Below, piece after piece: positions 1-9,835 of a DNA stretch of 55,404 nt. The stretch comes from an uncultured virus (IMG/VR IMGVR_UViG_3300010223_000002) (lineage: Duplodnaviria > Heunggongvirae > Uroviricota > Caudoviricetes): IMG/VR virus record IMGVR_UViG_3300010223_000002; one strand, 5' to 3'. Position 1 is the stretch's first letter, and every line of letters begins with the position of its first letter. The notes under the pieces were generated by a model, which did not search any database, was not told the origin of the DNA, and saw only the letters and a list, made by a program, of their open reading frames with translations. Both the position numbers and the translations under genes were made by a program.

Positions 1-1358
1 TTGACAGTTTTACTAGAGATACCACAACGGGTAATGACAGTGGATCTTTAGGTGACGCAGGTTGGACTGTATCTGATAATATATACGATCTAATTAAATT
101 CACTTCTAGCGCAACAGTTAACGGATACTATACATGGACTATTGATGATTTAACTGGTGGTATAGCTAGAATATCTAGATGTTTAGCTCCCACTGGAGTC
201 GTTTCAGACGCTGGTGATCCAAGTCCAGGTGATACTTTTGATGTATTAACTCTTCCAACAATTTATGTTGATAGAGTATCATCTACCGGAACTATAGATT
301 TGGTTGAAATAGAAAATATATTTTCAGTTAATTTTGAATATCTACATATAATGCCAGCAGTAAGTAGTACAGCTATATATATGTCAGTATCCATGAAGAG
401 ATGTATACTTCATCAAGTTACAGTACGCTCTTCTGATGTTATTTTTAGTAATTGTATGGGTAAGGTAGATATTCAAAATTCTTCTGTGAATATAGCTGGA
501 GGAGCTTTAACTAGTGTATACGCAGCGAATTGTTGGATATCTTGTCAATTTGGTGACTTAGTAATATTTTTAGATAAAGAAATCGGAGGTAAACACGCAG
601 CAGATGTAATTTCATCTCAGTCTAATTTGCTTTTATATAATACGTTTTTTACATGTGCAACTATTACTTTTTATAATTTTACGAATGGGTCTGCTGTTGA
701 TCTTTATTCTTCTGATTTTATGGCCACTACATATGTATGTGGTATATTAGATGCGGCTGCTACTCGATTCATAACTATGAGAGGCAGTGCTAATCTTAGA
801 GTACATTCTACAAGAATAAATTTAGATGTACCAGTTGCTACAATAGGTGGAGCATTAGTAGATTTTTCTGTAAATGTTCCATATGTAGACTCTTCTACGG
901 GGCAAGTTATATCTGCTGTTAATTTAAATACCGGATCAACTCCAGTATTCAAATCGGCTACATCTGCACCTGTTTCATTTGTAAATGTAGGTGTGAAAGG
1001 TGCATTAAGCGCTGGTGCAACAGTATTTGCATTACAAGATCTTACTGAAAATGCTAATGAAGTACCTTTGATATGTAACTCTTATGGTGTCATACGGAAT
1101 TTACGTTGTTATTTAAGAGTAGCGCCAGCAATTGGTGAAAGTGTGCAGGTTAACGTATTTGTAGATGGGGTTCAAGCTGTAGATCCGATAACAACTAATC
1201 CTATTAGGGCAACTATATCAGGACTAGCTGTATCAGCTTCTGATCTAGTTAATAAACTTTCTGTATCGCCTGGTACGAGAGTTTCTATACAGATTGTAAA
1301 TAGTAACAATGCTGGATTTGCTGCTGAAGATCTTTCTGTTGTTGTAGAGATAGCATAA
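1..1358 (+). CDS. 5'-truncated virion/tail structural protein, beta-rich with Ig-like C-terminus
   Basis: Frame of ORF 300..1358 is open back to position 3; beta-strand-rich composition; lies near tail-spike-like genes. Confidence 0.5.
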   Translation, partial: DSFTRDTTTGNDSGSLGDAGWTVSDNIYDLIKFTSSATVNGYYTWTIDDLTGGIARISRCLAPTGVVSDAGDPSPGDTFDVLTLPTIYVDRVSSTGTIDLVEIENIFSVNFEYLHIMPAVSSTAIYMSVSMKRCILHQVTVRSSDVIFSNCMGKVDIQNSSVNIAGGALTSVYAANCWISCQFGDLVIFLDKEIGGKHAADVISSQSNLLLYNTFFTCATITFYNFTNGSAVDLYSSDFMATTYVCGILDAAATRFITMRGSANLRVHSTRINLDVPVATIGGALVDFSVNVPYVDSSTGQVISAVNLNTGSTPVFKSATSAPVSFVNVGVKGALSAGATVFALQDLTENANEVPLICNSYGVIRNLRCYLRVAPAIGESVQVNVFVDGVQAVDPITTNPIRATISGLAVSASDLVNKLSVSPGTRVSIQIVNSNNAGFAAEDLSVVVEIA

Positions 1359-1391
1359 TATTGGATAATATATGATATGATTGAAAAGTGT

Positions 1392-1419
1392 TTGACATTT
1401 TCTATTCGCTTGCTATTAC
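1392..1419 (+). promoter_or_regulatory. Putative sigma70 promoter
   Basis: TTGACA-16 nt-TATTAC with extended TG, upstream of a GGAG RBS and ATG 1453. Confidence 0.45.
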
Positions 1420-1452
1420 GGGTCCAACTTCAATAAAAAAGGAGTTGGTTCC

Positions 1453-2232
1453 ATGTCGATCGAAGTAGTTTCATCGTGGTTGCTCTCAATAATGTTATCT
1501 ATTGTTCCATGTGAAAAGAAATATTATGTTCCGCCGCATGCTAGGGAAAGTATTCAGCAATGTGAATCAAGGTATGAAGGTATAAGTCAATCGATTGCTG
1601 AAGTAGTTTATCATCCTAACTCCAAACCATTGTGGAATGGAAATCATGGTAGAGCAAGGACTGCACTAACTGTTTTAACTATAATGTATTTTGAAAGTGG
1701 TTTTAGAAGGGATATAGACTTAGGTATAGAAAGAGAAAGATTATCTATGTATGGCTGGAATGATTATGGACGCAGCTGGTGTATGATGCAGATTCATTTA
1801 GGTAAGAAAAATAGAGTTGAAAATGGTCAAGTTGTATTAGATAGCGCTGCAATGACGCCCCAAGGCTGGAATGGTAGACAACTTATAGAAGATAGAAGGA
1901 AATGTGTTGCAGCTGGATTAACTGTTATTCAAAGAAGTTTTAAGGCTTGTCATAGGTTGCCTTTTAATCAAAAGCTTAGAGTATATGCTAGTGGATCAGT
2001 AGATAAAGGAGGAGAAGCAAGTGCTTCTAGAATGAAAAAGATGGTTAAGCTATTTGCTGAGCATCTTCCGAATTTTAGTGATGGAAGTATAAATTACAAT
2101 CAATCTGGTTTGTCTTGTAGTGAAGGGCAGTGCGTAGCAGGACCTATTGAATCGACTTGGTTTGGGCCATTTGGAGATAATAAATATGTCTTACACTCGA
2201 GATCAAATACTGAGACACGTAAGTTATTATGA
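1453..2232 (+). CDS. Lysozyme-like / lytic transglycosylase-like protein with N-terminal hydrophobic segment
   Basis: IMYFESGF catalytic-Glu-like motif followed by GRSWCMMQIH (resembles the GLMQ motif). Confidence 0.5.
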   Translation: MSIEVVSSWLLSIMLSIVPCEKKYYVPPHARESIQQCESRYEGISQSIAEVVYHPNSKPLWNGNHGRARTALTVLTIMYFESGFRRDIDLGIERERLSMYGWNDYGRSWCMMQIHLGKKNRVENGQVVLDSAAMTPQGWNGRQLIEDRRKCVAAGLTVIQRSFKACHRLPFNQKLRVYASGSVDKGGEASASRMKKMVKLFAEHLPNFSDGSINYNQSGLSCSEGQCVAGPIESTWFGPFGDNKYVLHSRSNTETRKLL

Positions 2233-2638
2233 AGCTGTAAGTGGTACTGCTTCTAAAGAAGGTGCCGAAATTCTTGGAGATACATTTCCTTTAATGATAT
2301 CTCCACAAGCTGATAACGAAGAGTATGTTTCACTTTTCGTTCTTCAGCTAAATCCACCTCATAAATCGATAGATATATTAGTTACAACAAAATCTCCTAA
2401 AGATTTTGACGAATTAGTCGATGAGTTTTTAGAATTAGTCGATAAAAGAACTGTCGCGCTTATATATCAAGGACAAAATGATATTCCAAAAGACGTAAGA
2501 CGTTATTATTATGAGCATAGAGACCAAGGTAATTCTAAATCTAAATCATTTGCACTTGCTTGGTCTAGATATTGTAAATACAAGCATCCTGATAGTCCAC
2601 GATGTAAACAAAAAGAATACTTTAAAGGTCGCAAATAA
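2186..2638 (+). CDS. Hypothetical protein
   Basis: ORF; GGAG RBS before ATG 2186. Confidence 0.6.
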   Translation: MSYTRDQILRHVSYYEAVSGTASKEGAEILGDTFPLMISPQADNEEYVSLFVLQLNPPHKSIDILVTTKSPKDFDELVDEFLELVDKRTVALIYQGQNDIPKDVRRYYYEHRDQGNSKSKSFALAWSRYCKYKHPDSPRCKQKEYFKGRK

Positions 2639-2641
2639 GTG

Positions 2642-2679
2642 TTGTAAAAAGAATGCATTTGTGCTATAATTGCACAAAT
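2642..2679 (+). promoter_or_regulatory. Sigma70 promoter with palindrome around the -10 box
   Basis: TTGTAA-17 nt-TATAAT with extended TG; ATTTGTGC/GCACAAAT inverted repeat flanks the -10. Confidence 0.6.
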
Positions 2680-2706
2680 TGAGTTTGAACAGATTGGAGA
2701 TTGAAA

Positions 2707-4161
2707 ATGGGATGTTTACCTAAGACCACATTGGTTCATGAAGATCAAAGACTTACTCATTTTGCAAAAAGACTGCAAGATAGAATTAATAAAGCTCTTT
2801 GTGGGGGTGGAGATACATTAGACGTTCAATGGACTAAATTTCTATTTGTTGATCAAAATGATCCAGGCGTAGGTACTCCTCCGGGGGAACGTAATTATTG
2901 GACTAATAAATTTGAAACTATACAAGATGCTATCAATGCAGCAGTTGTTGGCGACGTAATTTATATTAGTCCTGGTACATACGTTGGTAATTTAGATTTA
3001 TCGGATGTTGCTCCTAATGTTACGCTGTTAGGTAGTGGACAAGATGCAACTATCATATTGAATGACGATGATATTAACCCCACAATTAGTTGTTCTCCAG
3101 ATACAATGCGTTATGGTATTAGATTTTTAGATTTGACAGTTATTAACAATGAAGGGAATCCTGCTATTCAAGTTAATTCTCAAGCTGCATTGGATAGTTT
3201 TTCTATTACTAATGGTCCATTAGTTTTTGATATGGTTAAATTAGTAGTTTCAAATATAGCTGAGGGAACTTTTGCATTGGAGGTTAGTTATGCCAATGCT
3301 TTATTAGTTGATCATTTGACAGTGTTAGCTGGAGGAATCAGTTTATATAATGTAGGAACTGGTAGAATAAATGATTCTGATATTAATGGTGTTAGTTTAA
3401 TTGATTTTGATTTAGCAGATCCAAATCAACCGTCGCAAGGTAGACAGAATATATCTTTGTACAATACAAATATGTCTGATAACTTAGAAATAGATAATCA
3501 AGTTAATATATACTTTAACAAAAGTTGCGATATCTCATCGATTAGTGGTGCTTTGCTTCAAATTGGGGCTGGTGAGGATAATACTCCTAGTATTGAATTT
3601 CATGGTAAACTTGGTAGTTTAGATATGACTTTTGGTTCGGACGCCGAATATTTAGATGATTTGCAAATAGCAAATTTTGATGAAGCTATTATTGAAGGTG
3701 CATTTACTTTGAATTCTACGGATACAAATATAAGTCCGTGGAGAGTGTCAGCTAGACAAGCGTTATTTAATGATGCAAATGCTGATTCTATTCAATGTTG
3801 TGCTAATATTGTAGCAGATGATGCTGGTAGGGCTAAATTTGATATGCTTGGTGCTGAGTTTACTCAATTAGCACTAAACACAAATAATTATCAAGTAGAC
3901 AGAACTTTTCATTATATTTCTGCTATAGATGCCGGAGTTTTGTTAGTTAATCCTACTGATAATGCTATATCTATTGTTCCTCCTTTTATAAATAGTGCAA
4001 CGCGTGTTTATACAGTACACCCTGATTTTCCGATTCAGGGGTCATTTGCTAGTATGGAAGTAGATGCAAAGACTAACGAAGGATTCAATTGTCGAGTAGA
4101 TGTGCAATGTAGTGCCAATTTTAAGTTGATATTGAATGCTATTGGAACTAATCCTAACTGA
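2707..4161 (+). CDS. Pectin-lyase-like beta-helix protein (putative tail spike), paralog 1
   Basis: TIQDAINAAVVGDVIYISPGTY beta-helix cap motif; N-terminus CLxKTTLVHEDQRLTHFA shared with the next gene. Confidence 0.65.
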   Translation: MGCLPKTTLVHEDQRLTHFAKRLQDRINKALCGGGDTLDVQWTKFLFVDQNDPGVGTPPGERNYWTNKFETIQDAINAAVVGDVIYISPGTYVGNLDLSDVAPNVTLLGSGQDATIILNDDDINPTISCSPDTMRYGIRFLDLTVINNEGNPAIQVNSQAALDSFSITNGPLVFDMVKLVVSNIAEGTFALEVSYANALLVDHLTVLAGGISLYNVGTGRINDSDINGVSLIDFDLADPNQPSQGRQNISLYNTNMSDNLEIDNQVNIYFNKSCDISSISGALLQIGAGEDNTPSIEFHGKLGSLDMTFGSDAEYLDDLQIANFDEAIIEGAFTLNSTDTNISPWRVSARQALFNDANADSIQCCANIVADDAGRAKFDMLGAEFTQLALNTNNYQVDRTFHYISAIDAGVLLVNPTDNAISIVPPFINSATRVYTVHPDFPIQGSFASMEVDAKTNEGFNCRVDVQCSANFKLILNAIGTNPN

Positions 4162-4185
4162 TTTTAGAATGAAGGAAATTTAGTC

Positions 4186-5598
4186 ATGTCATGTTTAAAG
4201 AAAACTACGTTGGTTCATGAAGATCAAAGATTGACTCATTTTGCAGCTGTACTTCAGAAACGTATTGCAGCTGCATTTTGTAGTGGAGCAGCTAGCGTTG
4301 TTCTTTGGAATAACATTTTATTTGTTGATCAAGACGATCCAGGTGATGCTCCCGCTATTGGATATCTAACTAATAAATATGAAAGTGTTCAAGATGCGGT
4401 AGATGCTGCACAAGAAGGCGATCTTATTTATATAAATCCAGGTACATACAGTGAAAACGTTGATTTGAGCAATATTGCAGATAATGTTGTTATACAGGGA
4501 AGTATTGCAACGACTATTAGTGCATTGAATACTGCAAATCCAACTGTTTCTTTCAATCCTGCGGCGACATCTGGTATAAGTTCGTTAATGATAAAAGATA
4601 TAAGTATTGTTAATTCAGGTGATCCTGAGATAGCTAATACTGCTGTATATTTTGACTTAACTAACGATCTTGGAGCTTTTGCCAATGGTTCACTTTCATT
4701 TAAGGATGTTGTAATTACTGGCAAAGCTGTAATGATAGCTGTAAATGAGTTAGTAGCAGACAATTTGTCTACTATTGGAGATACAGCGTCTTTAATAAAT
4801 GTATCTCATTGTAATATTAGTAATAGTAAATTCGATGCGTCATTAGAAATAGACTTCGATTTTACTGGTCCTCAGCCTACTGGTGGTAGAAATAAGCTCG
4901 AATTCTATAATTCAAAATCAAGTTATCTTGCATTAAGAAATACTCCTTGGATTTATATGGATTCGGAGTGTGTGGTTACTGGAACTAAGGTAGGTGGTGC
5001 TATTGAAGGTTTGTTAGAATACAACGAAGCTCAAGACACTCAGCCCATGATAGAATTTCATGGCAGGGTTGAAGAGTCAGTTCTTGTTCAATACTACGCT
5101 CAAGTTGAGGATTCTGCTACCATAGCTAATTTTGATCATGCAGAGATTGGCGCAGCTTTTATATGGACTAGCACGGCTGGACCTGGAGGAGAAAATATCG
5201 GGGAGTTTATTGTATTAGCTAGAAATGCTGTATTTGCAGTTAGTAGTCCAAATGCAATATCGGCAGACGGCACCATAGCTGGTGGTTTGGGCACATTAGG
5301 TGTGTTCGATATATCTAATTCTACTTTTTCACAAAATGCATTAGATACGACATCATTTGCTATTGATAGAACAATTCATATGGTTACTGCAAATCTTGAT
5401 CCAGAATATCCTAACGTGGTTACGGTCAATGTTCAGCCACCTTATTATACTAATGATTATCAAATTCATGCTGTTCCGCAAGCCGGAATAACTGGTACGT
5501 TATCTCAAGTTGAAGTTGCAAATAGACAACTTAATTCTTTTGATGCGGCGGCTTCAATTGCAACTAGTTGCACATTCACGTTGATTCAGCAATTGTAA
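4186..5598 (+). CDS. Pectin-lyase-like beta-helix protein (putative tail spike), paralog 2
   Basis: SVQDAVDAAQEGDLIYINPGTY; colinear motifs IEFHG, IANFD, ARxAxF, DRTxH shared with paralog 1. Confidence 0.65.
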   Translation: MSCLKKTTLVHEDQRLTHFAAVLQKRIAAAFCSGAASVVLWNNILFVDQDDPGDAPAIGYLTNKYESVQDAVDAAQEGDLIYINPGTYSENVDLSNIADNVVIQGSIATTISALNTANPTVSFNPAATSGISSLMIKDISIVNSGDPEIANTAVYFDLTNDLGAFANGSLSFKDVVITGKAVMIAVNELVADNLSTIGDTASLINVSHCNISNSKFDASLEIDFDFTGPQPTGGRNKLEFYNSKSSYLALRNTPWIYMDSECVVTGTKVGGAIEGLLEYNEAQDTQPMIEFHGRVEESVLVQYYAQVEDSATIANFDHAEIGAAFIWTSTAGPGGENIGEFIVLARNAVFAVSSPNAISADGTIAGGLGTLGVFDISNSTFSQNALDTTSFAIDRTIHMVTANLDPEYPNVVTVNVQPPYYTNDYQIHAVPQAGITGTLSQVEVANRQLNSFDAAASIATSCTFTLIQQL

Positions 5599-5780
5599 TA
5601 TAAAATAAGTTATCCTGTATGTGAAGTGAATTTCAAAGGTTGGTCGTAACCGTCCGAATATACGTCACTTTCTCGAAAACGACATTCCAGACTTACAAAA
5701 AAGTTGACAACCGTTCTTACGCTGTGCGACCGTTCGGGAGTAGCCTGACTGTCTTGGACGCACTAGGGGAACGGTGCACT

Positions 5781-6671
5781 ATGGGTAACTGGCTTCGCGA
5801 TCACTTTTATCGGTTTGTATATCCAGCGCTTTGTTGTGCAAAAGCTAATACATATTCTGCGAATGCTAATTCTATAAAAACATTCTTTCCTGTAGAAATT
5901 TCCGCTAAAGATTACAAATTTTGCGCCTGGTGGGATAAACTTCCGCCAGAATTGGCAAAATTGCGCGCGCTTTGCGATCAATTGCAAATCGGCTGGTCGT
6001 CTTGTAATTATTCGCAAGGTTGGCGAGCTAATTTGCATTTTGATGTTATGCGTGAAACGTTGATTAGTGCAGAGCGTAGACGCAAAACGCTTGGATGTGA
6101 TCGCTTGCTTTTGGCTGGAAGGGATGTTTGGGTTTTGGAAGTTATGGCAAAAAGACGTGGTATTGATACTTTGTTTTTGCCTGAAATTAGTCGTAATGTA
6201 GCTTCTTTCCCAAATCAATTGAAGGCTTTTTTGATTGAAAAAGGCTTTACTGGAAATGAGCTTTTGGTTGACACTGGTTTTGTCGGAAGTATCCCTAAAA
6301 AAATTGATGAAGCCATGGGAACTAATTTAAAATTTGTTCTTATGAGTCAAGAAAAGAAATTTAATTATCTCAATTGTTCTATTTCTATACAAGATCAGAA
6401 CTGTATTGATAGACCCAATCAGGTATTTCCTCAGCGCAGACTAGCTAGAAAAGAAGCTCTTGAAACCGAATATTTGCCTAAGTATTGGAAAACTGGAACG
6501 GTCAAATATCAAGATGGAGTTGTTCAAGTTGTTCAATTTTTATCAGAACCGCAAGAAATTGTTTTAGCGGCAATCCTGACTTCTGATATTTGGCGTGGTG
6601 TCAAATATGGAAGAGTAAAAGGACAAACTAAACATAAGAAAGGAGGTAATTATAATGATTACATGTTGTAG
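5781..6671 (+). CDS. Hypothetical protein with phosphoribosyltransferase/HAD-associated-like motifs
   Basis: LLLAGRD and LLVDTGFVGSI motifs; start chosen after AGGGG RBS (ORF open from 5640). Confidence 0.4.
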   Translation: MGNWLRDHFYRFVYPALCCAKANTYSANANSIKTFFPVEISAKDYKFCAWWDKLPPELAKLRALCDQLQIGWSSCNYSQGWRANLHFDVMRETLISAERRRKTLGCDRLLLAGRDVWVLEVMAKRRGIDTLFLPEISRNVASFPNQLKAFLIEKGFTGNELLVDTGFVGSIPKKIDEAMGTNLKFVLMSQEKKFNYLNCSISIQDQNCIDRPNQVFPQRRLARKEALETEYLPKYWKTGTVKYQDGVVQVVQFLSEPQEIVLAAILTSDIWRGVKYGRVKGQTKHKKGGNYNDYML

Positions 6672-6973
6672 AGATTCTCCCTAACTAGTTACGTTTTTGC
6701 TAATAATGATTGAAGTAAATAGTCGATGACAGTAGGTCAAAACAGATTAAAGATGATTGGACCGAAAGTCCGTAATCGACTAAAGGTTGCAAGCTTGAGT
6801 GAAAGCAACTGGTCAGTGGTGACTACCTCAAGATGGATACATAACTCTAATGTTGAAGGAGGGACAAAGTCATGCGACTATTCTAGTAGGTCAACAGTGT
6901 ACGGATTTAATTTAGATGTAAGTAAAAAACGTGTAAAACAGCTTTTGTTTAAGAAAAGCTGGACGTTTTTTAT

Positions 6974-7063
6974 AGATAAAATTTAGATGCACAGCAGATA
7001 AAATTTAGATGCACAGCTTCCGGTGAAGCTGGGGGAAGAAAATGCGTAGTTAAATGCGTAGTT
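6974..7063 (+). repeat. Two short tandem duplications (22 nt x2; 12 nt x2)
   Basis: AGATAAAATTTAGATGCACAGC at 6974-6995/6996-7017; AAATGCGTAGTT at 7040-7051/7052-7063. Confidence 0.9.
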
Positions 7064-7262
7064 AAAAACATCCTTCCCTGATAGTAAACGTTAACAANNN
7101 NNNNNNNTAACAATCAAATGTATGAAGTAAAAGGTGGTAGGTAAAAGGTTCATAACTAAGTAGCACTGAAAGGTGTGAACGCTGATTAGACACGAAGATT
7201 CTAGACCCTATCGTTGATTTAGTCAGTAGAACCTGGTCTTTACAGATTGAACGCATACCGCC

Positions 7263-7433
7263 TAGTGACGTAAGGTTCGTCGAGTCTAATAACTAATTGG
7301 AACGTTCCTGACAGTTAGTTGGACTAGAAAAAAAGGAACACCTAAAAATTGTACGGAAGTAAAATGTGCCAAATACCTGAGAGATGAAACTCGTGGAAGG
7401 TGGCGCTTAGTGACGTAAGGTTCGTCGAGTCTA
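7263..7433 (+). repeat. Perfect 26-nt direct repeat
   Basis: TAGTGACGTAAGGTTCGTCGAGTCTA at 7263-7288 and 7408-7433. Confidence 0.95.
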
Positions 7434-7482
7434 GTAGACTATAAAGCAAAAAAGGGGTCAGCACAGAAAAAAGACCCCTAAA

Positions 7483-7558
7483 GTCCCCATAGCTCAATGG
7501 ATAGAGCAACAGCCTTCTAAGCTGTGGGTTAAAGGTTCGAATCCTTTTGGGGATGCCA
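7483..7558 (+). tRNA. tRNA-Arg(TCT)
   Basis: Cloverleaf; anticodon loop CT-TCT-AA; GGTTCGAATCC T arm; encoded CCA. Confidence 0.95.
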
Positions 7559-7581
7559 ATTATAAACAGAAAGGGGAAACA

Positions 7582-7800
7582 ATGCGTTTTAAGTATACTC
7601 CGCTTGCAAAAGATCTGCCCATTGAAATCAGGGATAAGGTGCGCCGTCGTGCTATCCGGCATTTCGAAAGACAACAACCGGTCACCCATCGGGTCGTGGA
7701 AGCGACCGACGAAGTGATCACGTTCGAATTCAATAGGCGTGGTCATAAGTACCCGGAAATAGGGAGTCATTTCAAGGTTACGCTTAAGCGTCTTGGATGA
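7582..7800 (+). CDS. Small hypothetical protein (more GC-rich than surroundings)
   Basis: 72-aa ORF with AGGGG RBS. Confidence 0.55.
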   Translation: MRFKYTPLAKDLPIEIRDKVRRRAIRHFERQQPVTHRVVEATDEVITFEFNRRGHKYPEIGSHFKVTLKRLG

Positions 7801-7814
7801 TCTATGGTCTTACA

Positions 7815-7866
7815 AAACTGAGATCTTGAGATTTTTGACCATACATTGATCTCAAGATCTCAGTTT
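7815..7866. repeat. Perfect 18-bp inverted repeat with 16-nt spacer
   Basis: AAACTGAGATCTTGAGAT (7815-7832) / ATCTCAAGATCTCAGTTT (7849-7866). Confidence 0.9.
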
Positions 7867-8184
7867 CCAGCGGGGTGGTGTGTTATGAAAGAATGTCACA
7901 TTGTTGAATTTATCGGAAAGCCAAAAGAAGTTATATCCAAGATGGATGAAGCTTTTATTGGTTTAAGCGAGATTAGAGTTACTGTTAGGTATGAAGTAGT
8001 TGATAGTTCAGTTGCTTCTAAAGATAGTAAAGCTGCCAAACATATGTTGGAAATACGAAAGACTATAAAGGTCAATAAAAGATTGAAGAAAAACGATAGC
8101 GCTATTATTAGAAGCATAATTGAAAGATTTGGAATTGAGCCTCCCATTGCTGAATCGCTAGTTAAAGGTTATTCGGAATAGCCA

Positions 8185-8472
8185 ATGGGAATGTTAGAGA
8201 CCACTATTAGGATGGCTGATACCTACATTAATTTGTTGGCATCAGCTGGTATCAAATCGCAACAAATCGTAAGTCATCATCACGTCCCAGTCAAATATTA
8301 TAGGCTCAGACATATTATGTGGATGTGTGAGCAAGCTAAGGAATTTGCTAAGTCTGGCAATATTGCTAAGGCCCAAAGATGGCTTGGATTTGTACAAGGT
8401 GTGCTTTGGAGTCATGAAATTAGATCCATTGATGATTTGCGTTCTGATAATGCAGTTAGAAGTGGAGATTGA
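8185..8472 (+). CDS. Phage hypothetical protein
   Basis: ORF with KAQRWLGFVQGVLW motif. Confidence 0.65.
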   Translation: MGMLETTIRMADTYINLLASAGIKSQQIVSHHHVPVKYYRLRHIMWMCEQAKEFAKSGNIAKAQRWLGFVQGVLWSHEIRSIDDLRSDNAVRSGD

Positions 8473-8473
8473 T

Positions 8474-8926
8474 ATGGTAAACGTTAATCTGAAAATATAT
8501 TGTAAAGACGAACGTTGTATGCCTTCATATGGCACGCCTGGATCAAGTGGTTTTGATTTGAGAGCATATATTTATGATCCTTTTTATATTGCTCCTAACG
8601 CTAAAGCAGTAATTCCAACTGGAATTCATGTGAGTATTATATATGGATATGAAATTCAAATTAGACCACGTAGTGGACTAGCTGTTAATAAAGGTGTTAC
8701 AGTATTAAATTCGCCTGGCACTATTGATAGTGATTATCGAGGTGAAGTTAAGGTTTGCTTAATAAATCTAGGTGATAATGGTTACACTATTGATCCATTT
8801 GACAGGATAGCACAAGCTGTTGTATGTCCAGTTATTAGACCAAGAGTTATATCTGTTAATAAGTTGGAAGATTTGGAAGATACTTTTAGAGGTAGCGGTG
8901 GCTTTGGTTCTACGGGTGTAAAATGA
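8474..8926 (+). CDS. dut: Trimeric dUTPase
   Basis: SGFDL, IRPRSGLA, NSPGTIDSDYRGEV, RIAQAV, RGSGGFGSTG motifs; GGAG RBS before ATG 8474. Confidence 0.97.
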   Translation: MVNVNLKIYCKDERCMPSYGTPGSSGFDLRAYIYDPFYIAPNAKAVIPTGIHVSIIYGYEIQIRPRSGLAVNKGVTVLNSPGTIDSDYRGEVKVCLINLGDNGYTIDPFDRIAQAVVCPVIRPRVISVNKLEDLEDTFRGSGGFGSTGVK

Positions 8927-9228
8927 ATTATCTTTGGTTGCCATTAAACGAAGTGGAATATTGGGAGCCATTAGCTAATAAATTGGGAGTTAGCAAAGTT
9001 GCTCGTAGTAAAAATGGTTTTTTACCAAAATACAAGAGATATGGAAGTGATATTTCTGAAGAATGGAAAAGTAAAAGAAATGCTTTCATAAAACGTCATA
9101 TGGCTCAAGTTAAAAAGAGTAAGGAAAAGTTATTTAAAGATGGTGTTCCAACTAGAAGACATTTGGCTTTGATTATGTGGGCCTATAGTCCATATCAAAA
9201 AAAATTGATTGAGTCGGAGATTCCTTAA
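8923..9228 (+). CDS. Basic hypothetical protein
   Basis: ORF overlapping dut stop; PTRRHLALIMWAYSP motif. Confidence 0.6.
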   Translation: MNYLWLPLNEVEYWEPLANKLGVSKVARSKNGFLPKYKRYGSDISEEWKSKRNAFIKRHMAQVKKSKEKLFKDGVPTRRHLALIMWAYSPYQKKLIESEIP

Positions 9229-9835
9229 TGAGTAAGAAAAACGATAGAAAGAAAAGAAAGCGACGTGAAAGGCGTAATATTGATAAGATCAATCAACAAC
9301 AGGTTTTAGAAAAATGGACTGAGCCAGTATATAAAGCAATAAATGAACACAGATTTGATGATGCTGAACGTATTTTGAAGAGTTGTGAATTAGAGCATGG
9401 GTCAGAACCAGCTTTCTTTAAGTTATCAACATTTTTGTTTTTATGAGGGATTAGATGAAGATAGAAATAAAATTGGAATTGGATGACAATGCAACATTGG
9501 GAGAGTTTTATTACATATTTGACAGACTGAAATATCGTATTGTTAATGCAAGGATGCCTAGCAGAGATGATAATAAACTGAATCAAATATCAATACGTAG
9601 TGATAATGGCAATGATGTTCAAATAGGTACTTGGAAGATAACGAAATGAAAGTAATCAAAACTGATAATTTTGATAGAGATTGGGTAGATGACGTGTTGA
9701 TTGCTGGACCTGGTTTATGTAAAAAAGAAGCTGAGAAAATTGCAGATAAAAATAACGCAGAAACGACTGATCCAGAAGCTTGGTATATGGCAGTTGAAGA
9801 CGATTACATATTAAAAGAGTTTAAACCATAATAAA

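Larger units (their letters stand above)
6720..7479 (+). ncRNA. Candidate large structured non-coding RNA (~760 nt)
   Basis: No convincing ORF; many helices with G-U pairs and GAAA loops; duplicated 26-nt module; ends immediately before tRNA-Arg. Confidence 0.55.

Noticed and set aside
6974..7063. Tandem duplications as a functional signal
   Set aside because: They lie close to a scaffold gap and may be assembly artefacts; listed only as repeats.
7263..7433. Possible CRISPR array from the 26-nt repeat
   Set aside because: Only two copies, a 119-nt interval and no cas genes.
6726..7770. ORFs 6726..6986, 7062..7256 and 7342..7770
   Set aside because: No clear RBS or motifs; they overlap the structured region, the gap or tRNA-Arg (antisense).
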